From: Octopus vulgaris
Lineage: Eukaryota
DNA length: 64,000 nucleotides
Reading direction: 5' to 3'
Assembly: GCA_951406725.2 (NCBI GenBank)
Contig: OX597822.1
Span: forward strand, 113,646,001 to 113,710,000
The notes beneath the pieces were generated by a model. It was not told the DNA's origin. It ran no database searches and saw only the letters and a list, made by a program, of their open reading frames with translations. The translations under genes were made by a program, and so were the position numbers. Every line of letters begins with the position of its first letter. The first letter of the stretch is position 1. Of the stretch, positions 53,815 to 64,000 are shown in pieces.

Positions 53815-55413
53815 CGGCCATCGGAAAAAGTTCATAGTATTCGCGTAAGCGCGCCTGTTCATACCTAGGCGCACGCACGTGGGTGTGCGGGGGCACAAGT
53901 GTAGGTATGAATAGGCATGCTAACACGAATACTATGAACTTTTTCCTCCCTTACTTAGCGGTCATTCGAATAGCTCTTTTGTTTTAATAACGGTCAATCA
54001 CACAGTAATCTCCCTTTGTATAACAGTCATTTTTGATAGCATTTTTCCGATGGCCGGATAACTGGAAAGATGGCGGCGTGTATTTCCACCTCGGAAATAC
54101 ACGCCGCCATACACGCAAAACATTTGCGCAAAAACTAGAAATAATCCGTTTCACGGATAAAAGCAAAGGAAAGTGGCGCGGATTCTCCAAATTCAATCTA
54201 TAAGCGGCACAATGAAGATTTGTAAGACATTCCAAAAATTCTCCGTTTATGATTCTTATGTGAATAGATGCACAGACTTGGGTGTATGCATCGGTAGTTC
54301 AACCGACACACCACCTCGATCACATAGTTGCAGACACCGAAAACTCTCTTAACTCAAAAAGTCTTGTTGCGTTGTTAGCGATCAGCTTGAACTCTGCGAA
54401 GAAGAATACAAATAAAACTCATTACATGAATATATACTTACATACATATATATACATACATATACATGCATAACATATACATTCATACACATTCATGAAC
54501 ATATATATATATACATATATCTATTTATGTATCTGTCTATCTATCTATATCTATATCTATGTGTATGCGTGTGTGTGTGTGTGTGTGCACACGCGTGTAT
54601 ATGTGTATGAATACAAGTATTGGGTATGACTTTAAACTCAATCAGATAGTGGGGCTCTGGTTTGGGACTCCCTGAGTTTTGAAGAGTATGGAACCACTTC
54701 TTAACTACAAATTTCTCAGGTCTACTCTGACTCGGATTATAGTAGCACCTGTAGGGATCCCAGCTATGGTGTTACTAGCAATCAATCAGACCACGTGAAC
54801 GCTGACATATCTTTGGTTATTGTCTCAGCATCTTTCTAGGAGAAGGATACTGATGCAAAATATGCAGTCTCACGTGATTATTGGTCATCTCACTTCGGTC
54901 TGTCGCGTGGTACTAATGGCGGAAAGTAATATTCGTGTTGTACAAACGTTTATCACTATAATCCAATGACGTACAGATGTCTCTTTATGGCGACTTGATT
55001 TGTCGTTCCATCTACTGAAAGTCCTATGGCGACGGAAGAGTTGCGATATGTGCAGACCTAAGCAGATGGAAACGCACAGTAAGTTACAACTTTCGTCCGT
55101 CACTTACGTTTCAAACCATGTATATCTGCAGCCTGCAACGAGACTGAACGTGGAGATTTCATATCAGGGGACATAACTCGTAAGCATGAATTCTGGCTTA
55201 TCACCCCTTTGCTTAATAATCATAAAAAATAGTTTTCCTCTTTTCCCAACATACCTGGCGGAAGTAGCTATAATTTCTTCTTAGCTGTCAAACAGAAGTT
55301 TTCTCTCGTTTGACAAGACAGATACATCGAACACACAACCATAACATCAAAAAGCTGCAAAAGAAAAATGTCAGTAATACAGTTCATATTGAACTAGCTA
55401 AAATCCCGCGAGG

Positions 55414-55452
55414 TATTGACGTTTCGTACATCTTGCAGTCATCAGTGAAATA
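55414..55452 (-). ncRNA. Minimal hammerhead core with disrupted stem I
   Basis: Minus strand: CTGATGA-ctgcaagatgtac-GAAA-cg-TC-aata. Confidence 0.45.
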
Positions 55453-55673
55453 AATTAATTGATTATATGTGCGATTTCTCAAGTAGTAAATAACTATTAA
55501 TGGCTATCATTGCAGGATATTCAAGATCTTAGTGAAAGAGTTGTGGAATATCACTCAGTCATATGTAATGCATACAATGCTGTATCTTTCAGATATATAT
55601 AAATGATTTTGACACGAAACTACTTGATAAGGTAACAATATACACATACGCGCGAACAAACACACACACACTC

Positions 55674-55743
<70 letters not shown>

Positions 55744-55786
55744 AATACACACACACACACACACACACAAACATATATATATATAT

Positions 55787-56111
55787 ATATCAAAATTCAA
55801 TATAGGAAGACAGATTCCTATATCAAGCTATTCCTCGTAAAGACCAACACATATTCAAGTCGGCAGTATAACTATATATATACATATATATTTATTATAC
55901 CATATATATTTCTTCATACAATCCAATTATTCGAAATCAAGGTTGGATGATATAGTTATGGTGCCGGCTTGAATATATTTTGGTTTTGACGAGGAATAAC
56001 TTAATACCGGAATCTGTCATCTTTTATTGAATTTTGATATCACTATTCAATATATCCAGCCCTTCTGTGTTGTTCTGTGAAAAAGTTGCTATCTTTTAAT
56101 ATTCAGTGTTT
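55787..56111. repeat. Fold-back element between (TA)n tracts: ~90-bp diverged arms plus ~70-bp extension
   Basis: 55787-55877 pairs with 55950-56040. Confidence 0.8.
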
Positions 56112-56121
56112 ATATATATAT

Positions 56122-56954
56122 TGTTACGACCTGGTGGCCATAACCCGAATTTACAGAATCAACGAGGATAGGGTCGAACCAAAACAACAACACACCATGA
56201 AATTTTTTTGTAAAATATTATTAACAATAGTCAGCATAAAAAACAGCTTACATACAAAAATATATACACGAGCAAAAGCAAATGCTATACCAGATGTCAA
56301 AATATTTACAAAGGTAACATATATATACAGTTCAGAAATTCGGACACCGAATTCCAGTTTTTGGTTTCACCAAAATTGGCCTCACACAAAACCTGGCCTC
56401 ACAAATTTGGTTTTTCAAAAATATGTATTCCAAAAATTTGGATTTCATAAAATCTAGATTTCCATTTTGGTACAAATTCGGTTTCTGAAACTTGGATTTC
56501 GAACCTTACATTTCGAACCTTGGGTTTCTAACCTTGGAATGTCATAAAATCTGTCTTCACAAATTCGGTGTTCAACCTTGGATTCGAACATTGGACCCAG
56601 ATGTGACACAGAAATTATTTTAAATCTGACAAAGATTCTGGCGAATTCCTGGAGCATAAAATAAATCCATAAATGCCTAACACAAAGCACAAAGGGCATA
56701 AACTAAACAGGCAATCATAGCTTCCAGAATCCAATTGAACAACTTTGTCCCACAAAAAAACTCACAAAAAACAGGGGGTTACAATTATCTCTGCTTATAA
56801 AGGTTTGCCAAGGTCTAGTCAATTTGTTATAGTTTCACAGTTTGGCTAATAACACCTAGCTTCCCTCATTTTGACAATGGACTTCATCCTGACCTTAGAG
56901 TGCAAAATGAAAAATTGTTTACCTGTTTAACTTATAATTTATAATTTTCTAACA
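56122..56954. mobile_element. Probable solo LTR (833 bp)
   Basis: tgtta...taaca termini with atat on both sides; no ORF. TSD is weak evidence in a TA context. Confidence 0.5.
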
Positions 56955-56969
56955 ATATATATATATATG

Positions 56970-57045
<76 letters not shown>

Positions 57046-57383
57046 TGTGTGTTTGTGTGTGTGTGTATTCGATTTCTGATGAGATAACTTCACCCTACGC
57101 GTCCACGAATTTCAAGTCATAAGTATCTGAGCGGTGGTGTCCCAGCATGGTCGCGGCCTTCGGGCTAAAACATTTTTAAGGATTTAAGGAAATTTATTGC
57201 TTAAAAATGTATCCAACTCCTGTCAAATGTGTTAAGCCCCGCTTTCTTTTGCTTTTCTAATCACTCGTGTGTGTATGTATGAATGTGTGTATGTATGTAT
57301 GTATGTCTATGCGTGTATGTAGATAGATAAAATTATATATGTGTATGTACATATAAATATATGTACACACACATATTTTATAG

Positions 57384-57443
<60 letters not shown>

Positions 57444-57444
<1 letters not shown>

Positions 57445-58162
57445 AATTTACATTTCCAGTGGTCTAACGTGTAAAAAATTTAGTCAAAAAGACTATATAT
57501 TAGTCAAGAAGACTATATATTAATCATACGATATAGTGTATATTTAAACACATAAGAAATCCACTTATAGGAATTCAACAGGGTAGAAAGAACAGCTAGG
57601 TTCTATAACCACAAAAATTAGGGATAAAATTCGACAGGAACGAATTGAAAAATGAAAAACATTTTACCATCTAGTTTCCTGGACCAATTGGGTTTTTTTT
57701 ACTAAATCTTTTACACGTTAGACCACTGAAAATGTAAATTTTAATTAATTTCCATTTTCCTGGGATATGATTAAATATTGTAAGTTTTTTGGATAATTTT
57801 CGGTTTTAAAAGTTGGCGGTTTTTATTGCCGGCGAAGGACTGCGGCTGCGCAGTAGATTTTGAAAAAGTTAGGACGTATAAACACAGGGCAAGTAGTTTT
57901 GATCGTCCCGTGTGTATACGTTTAGCCCTATGTGGTCCTACTGAAGAAGATTGCACCAAGCGAGTTCCTTGACTCGCTAAACTAAAATCAGAAACTAATT
58001 GGTCCAGGAAACTAGATGGTAAAATGTTTTTCATTTTTCGATTCGTTCCTGTCGAATTTTGTCCCTAATTTTTGTGGTTATAGAACCTGGCTGTTCTTTC
58101 TAGCGTGTTGAATTCCTATAAGTGGATTCCTTATGTGTTTAAATATACACTATATCGTATGA
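57444..58162. repeat. Fold-back element between (TA)n tracts with two interleaved inverted repeats
   Basis: 57444-57484/57701-57741 and 57524-57689/57997-58162. Confidence 0.85.
57936..58009 (+). ncRNA. Canonical-core hammerhead with GUC site
   Basis: tccta-CTGAAGA-a-gatt..agcgagt/actcgct..aatc-a-GAAA-ctaattgg-TC-cagga; one stem I mismatch. The inverted arm retains the palindrome ccaattgg. Confidence 0.7.
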
Positions 58163-58164
58163 CC

Positions 58165-58198
<34 letters not shown>

Positions 58199-58344
58199 GC
58201 TCTTTTACTTGTTACGTGTTTCAGCCTGATGTCTGTGGCCATGCTGGGGTATCGTTAGTGGAGAAATACGGAACGCCTCACAAATTTGCGAGCTACTCTT
58301 GCGCAGGTGACATTCTACCTTTTCTGTGTCGTTCCAGTTTTAGT

Positions 58345-58461
<117 letters not shown>

Positions 58462-59116
58462 ACGCACATACACCCCATGTGCATATTCTTCACTTCGCCT
58501 TTTTTGCTGTTACAACTTCACCGCTTCATGAAATATAGAGATCTCTTTTGACTTTGTTTCTTGAATGTGGAATCCATAAAATAAGGAACTCCTGGACAAA
58601 TATTCCAAGCAGCGGGAAGCTTTGAATAAAGAATACATTTCTAGTTTCGAACAAATAAATATAATCTTATGAAAGCTTTCTTTCTACCTTGTACATGTGA
58701 GTGATATGTGTGTGTGTGTGTATCCCCTCAAGAGAGAAAGCATGAAAAGAAAGAAAAAGGGGTGAGAGAAATAGAAAGGGAAGTAAAAAGAGAGAAGAAA
58801 GGGAAGAGGTGGAAATGAATGGGAAAATAATGAAAGAGAAAAATAATAGATAGGTATGTATATTATTACTTAGAAAGTTATAATTGAAAGTCATATAATT
58901 ACATCTTTAGGATAAATTTTCCGATATTTAGATATTTCCCACCATTTTTCTTTTTGCTCAAACTGTTTAAACGCTTCCAGCATTGAAGTGAAATATATCG
59001 TGTGTAATAGGTTTGAATTATTAGTTTTAAAGAATTACAAGAATTATCTGAAGGTCATTGAAATGAAAAAAATACTTTTTAAAATGCGATCAGTTATTAA
59101 AATGCGATCAGATAGG

Positions 59117-59285
59117 CGCAGGAGTGGCTGTGTGGTAAGTAGCTTGCTAACCAACCACATGGTTCCGGGTTCAGTCCCACTGCGTGGTATCTTGGGAAAG
59201 TGTCTTCTGCTATAGCCCCGGGCCGACCAATGCCTTCTGAGTGGATTTGGTAGACGGAAACTGAAAGAAGCCTGTCGTATATATG

Positions 59286-59361
<76 letters not shown>

Positions 59362-59580
59362 TGTGTGTCCGTGTTTGTCCCCCTAGCATTGCTTGACAAC
59401 CGATGCTGGTGTGTTTACGTCCCCGTCACTTAGCGGCGGTTCGGCAAAAGAGACCGATAGAATAAGTACTGGGCTTACAAAGAATAAGTCCCGGGGTCGA
59501 TTTGCTCAACTAATGGTGGTGCTCCAGCATGGCCGCAGTCAAATGACTGAAACAAGTAAAAGAGTAAAAGAGAGAAAGAG
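59117..59580 (+). mobile_element. SINE family B, full length
   Basis: As 1245-1668. Confidence 0.85.
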
Positions 59581-60669
59581 TTATTAAAATAAAATATGAT
59601 TTTTAAAGAAATGAAAGAAAGAATTGTTGGCCGTTGACTGGAACCGTTTATGTCAAAAATTTAAGTTCGAAACATCAGGACAAACTTAACGCATTATATT
59701 TACGAACCGAAGAGGCTAATTCATATATACATATAGTACACACACACACACACACACACGATCACACACACACGCATGGATGTATGTATATGTAACGTTA
59801 TAACATGAATTTGAGTTGGTATATTTGATATATTTGTGTATTTAACTGCAAATATAATAACGATACTCCCCGAGTCTAGATTACTATAATAAATATGCAT
59901 GCGTCCCTCTAACACATTTGCAAGCGTGTGTTTGCGTTCACCGTAAAACTTACATATACACAGAAATTAATAGATTAATGTTTGTAAAGAAAATACTGCA
60001 GATGAATGGATTCGGTTTGGCTGGGGCGCAGTAACAACAAACAGGTATAATTATTACAATTAATGTGGTATGTCTTACACTCAGGAAGTTTTTGTTGTAA
60101 CCGCAGACCTTAATAGGCGTATTAATTACACAATTAATTGTCCTGCTTTTTTTTTTCTTCCTTTTCTTTTCTTTCTTTTTTTTTTTTCTTGTCGAAGAAG
60201 GTGTATTTTTAATAAACAACCTTAATGATTATGAATAATTCAAAGTCCTGCCATATATCAAAGCATGACGGTGGAAACATCAAGTTAAGTCTTCGGTATT
60301 TTTTTTTATGTCTACATGTGTTACAGTGTTTATAAATATGAATGGAGGAATCTAATGTACGTATGTGTGTGTGTGTGTGTGTGCAGATAAAATGTAAATA
60401 CCCATGAAGTACACACACACACATATATATATGTATATATATATAAACACAATGTTAGTGTATCTAAATATGAATATAGGGTTGCATGTGTGTATGAGAG
60501 TGTGTGTGTGTGTAAAATGTAATATGCATTAAAGTACATTGATATACACACAAATACATATACGCACATATATACACATATGTACACACATACATGCATA
60601 CACATATATACACACATACATAGAGAAATACATACATACACACACGCATGCATATACATACATACATTT

Positions 60670-61597
60670 CATACATACATACATACATACATACATACAT
60701 ACATACATACATACATACATACATACATACATACATACATACATACATACATACATACATACATACGTACGTACATACATACATACATACATTCATACAT
60801 ACATACATACATACATACATACATACATACATACATACATACATACATACATACATACATACATACATACATACATACATACATACATACATACATACAT
60901 ACATACATTCATACAAACATATGATACATACATACATACATACATACATACATTCATACATACATACATACATACATACATACATACATACATACATACA
61001 TACATACATACATACATACATACATACATACATACATACATACATACATACATACATACATACATACATACATACATACATACATACATACATACATACA
61101 TACATACATACATACATACATACATACATACATACATACATACATACATACATACATACATACATACATACATACATACATACATACATACATACATACA
61201 TACATACATACATACATACATACATACATACATACATGCATGCATGCATACATACATACATACATGCATGCATACATACATACATACATACATACATACA
61301 TACGTACGTACATGCATACATACATACATACATACATACATACATACATACATACATACATACATACATACATACATACATACATACATACATACATACA
61401 TACATACATACATACATACATACATACATACATACATACATACATACATACATACATACATACATGCATGCATACATACATACATACATACATACATACA
61501 TACATACATACATACATACATACATACGTACATACATACATACATACATACATACATACATACATACATACATACATACATACATACATACATACAT
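60670..61597. repeat. ~930-bp (CATA)n microsatellite
   Basis: Directly visible. Confidence 0.95.
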
Positions 61598-61619
61598 CTC
61601 ATACATCTCATACATATTC

Positions 61620-62460
61620 TTACCCTTACAAATGAGAACAGAATTATTGTTTCTAATAATATGGACATTACAAAGGGAATATTCCAGGGAGATACTCTTC
61701 CTGTACTTCTTCTCCTTTTGGCACTGAATCCATTATCGTTCCTACTGCAGAAAACAAATAGCCACATGCTAGGATCTTCAACAGCTAGAAATATCAATGT
61801 AACCCATAATTTCCTTGTAGACGACCTGAAGACTTATGCTAAAAGTGTTAACAATGCCAAAAAACAACTGGAATTAATAGCAACATTTTCAGCTGATATG
61901 GAATTTGGCCAAAAGAAATGTTTATACTTGGTTATAGAACGGGGAAAGTCAGTCCCCCAAATCCAAAACCTGTGCATCAACGGTCTCTCTATATCCCCCA
62001 TTCCACACAAAGAATGTTACAAGTACCTAGGCATAGACAAAAATGTATCATATGAAGGGACCCGAGAATATTACACCAGACTTAGGAAAATATGGCAGTC
62101 GGAACTCTCCTCTTACAACAACACAATATCCCACAATGCATTTGCAGTACCAGAGCTGATTCCAACATTTTGGATACTTGATTGGTCTGGAGAGGAAATC
62201 CATTCCATAGATATCAAAACCCGCAAAATTCTGACAACAACTGGGAACTTCCACAGAAACAGTGATGTTGACAGGTTCTACCTAAGGAAAAATGAAGGTG
62301 GTAGAGGCCTGAAATCAGTGCAGACGGCCTTCGAATGCCGTATGGTATCACTCAGGCATTATCTAATAAACAACAGCAGCCAAAATAAATATATAAATGC
62401 AGTGCTGAAAAGTGAAGTGAGCAACGTTGTATACAGCGCGTGTGGCTTATTTGTAAAAAA
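61620..62460 (+). pseudogene. R4/Dong-clade reverse transcriptase fragment
   Basis: KGIFQGDTL, LALNPLS, THNFLVDDLKTYAK, YKYLGI, FHRNSDVDRFYLRKNEGGRGL; truncated at both ends. Confidence 0.85.
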
Positions 62461-62749
62461 ATATGACCACCTCCAAATAGAACAATATCTGTTTCAACAC
62501 ACAATTTCACATTAGAAATCTTGCAAAACAAATACATCAATGTAAGAATTAATATATTGGTTCTAAGCATATTATTCAATAAAGTTGGAGCGCCAATGTT
62601 AGATGACAATGAGATGACGCTGGCAGTAAAGTGTCCTCCCTTGAATTCCTCATGGCTCATTACATACAACCGCAATACAGGTCATGTGTAAATTTATATA
62701 CGGCGTCTGTATAACTTAACATGAAGAATGACATATTTCAGTTTACGAC

Positions 62750-63269
62750 TATCGTAAATCTTCGAGTATAGTACACCCTTGAGTATAAATCGCAGGGGAC
62801 TTTTAAGGAGCTATACTTCTGAGAAACCTAAACCTTGTGTATAATACGCACCCCTTCTCTAACTTGAGTCGTGCGTAATTAATCCAGCATCACCTAGTCG
62901 AACAAACACTTCCGCTCATGCGTAATACAATAATGGTGATGTTCTTAACTGTTATATGGGAATGTAAAAAATGTTTGCAAATTGTTTTTGTTACATGTTA
63001 TTCTGTGTTCTGAATACATTTATTTTAATAAATGTTGCTCACTGCAAGTTATGGGTGATTCTTGTATGACTTCATTGCTTTCAGGCTTAGCTTAAGGTAT
63101 TTTCGCACACGAAATGCGTCTGAATAAACATTGCCGGACAGCAAATAGAGACTCGGACCTTGCTTAGAAAATATTTTTCATTTTTAACCTCGCATACAGT
63201 ACGCACTAGTGATTTTGACCTTTAAATTTTGGGGAAAAAAGTGCGGATTATGCTCGAGGATTTACGGTA
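62750..63269. mobile_element. MITE (pogo/Tc1-mariner type), TA-flanked
   Basis: ta-tcgtaaatcttcgagtata and tatgctcgaggatttacgg-ta terminal inverted repeats; no ORF. Confidence 0.7.
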
Positions 63270-64000
63270 AGTATAAATTTGTAATGAATATTTAAAATAG
63301 ATATAAACTTATAACTCATGGTACATCAATCAATCAGTCGTTGTATGTATGCATATATTGCTGTACACTTCTTTTTTTGTAGGTCAACTAAAGTCATTCT
63401 AAACGATCTGGAACCGCACTGACGAAATTGCAAGACAAGGACCCAAATTTGTGGCCAAAACTTTCGATTTGGTCACTATTAATCGTTTCAATGGTTTAAT
63501 CAGTGAACTTTATCCTTAAGAAATTCGAAAATATTAATACAGTATTTTCTCGCTATTTATACAGACAAAACAAATAGATGCGGGTAGATGGCAGAATCGG
63601 AAGAAACTCGCACATAATATTTTGTGATATTTGGTTACGTCCCAGTAATATTCTAAGTTCAAATCCTGTACAGGCTTTAACTTTAATTCAATTAAACAAA
63701 TACTGAGATTGACAGTGTGGCCTTGAATAAAGAGACCCGGTATAGCCATAGGCCAATGATGGACCCAGCCAAATAATACAGATATCAAGATCAGAATTAT
63801 AGATACAATGACAATTATAATTTCATATTGTTCTTAACGACGTCTTTCATGTACGATTTGCTGACATTTCAAAAATTAATGACACGGATGCGTGTCTAGC
63901 AAAACTCTTTATTGAATGGGAGGGAGTTGCTCGCTAAATTTGATCTGGTGGAACTTACCTAGCGTATAATGAGCCGGCATGATATCAAATATCAGAACAG

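Noticed and set aside
55900-55960. Possible hammerhead in the 55787 fold-back
   Set aside because: Only a stem II-like atccaa/ttggat and GATA remain; the core is not recognisable.
60539-62515. 658-aa ORF as a real protein
   Set aside because: The N-terminal half is translated (CATA)n; only the RT fragment is meaningful.
63953-63985. Second U1-like start (acttacctagcg)
   Set aside because: The match is too short, with no TSD.

Overview
AT-rich, microsatellite-dense eukaryotic DNA made almost entirely of repeats. The SINE families resemble those I associate with octopus/cephalopod genomes (inference, not verified). No host protein-coding gene is supported. Protein-coding traces are all from transposons: a near-intact CR1-group LINE (CCCH-finger ORF1; endonuclease-RT ORF2 with one frameshift), a full-length dead mariner, and Tc1, Helitron helicase, RTE, R4/Dong and integrase remnants. 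There are also four non-autonomous Helitrons, a MITE, a probable solo LTR and about 30 SINE copies. The main unexplained signal is a set of non-coding fold-back elements, mostly beside (TA)n tracts, together with about 11 minimal type I hammerhead ribozyme motifs from several unrelated families. Five motifs keep the canonical CUGAnGA/GAAA core, and three show compensatory swaps at the 3:8 core pair (U:A twice, G:C once). This fits Penelope-like pseudo-LTR ends or retrozyme-like elements. Other notable items are a 3'-truncated U1 snRNA retrocopy with a 9-bp TSD, a LINE/SINE shared 3' hairpin with covariation, one SINE head joined to four different bodies, and a twin-priming SINE inversion. All folds and coordinates were read by eye.
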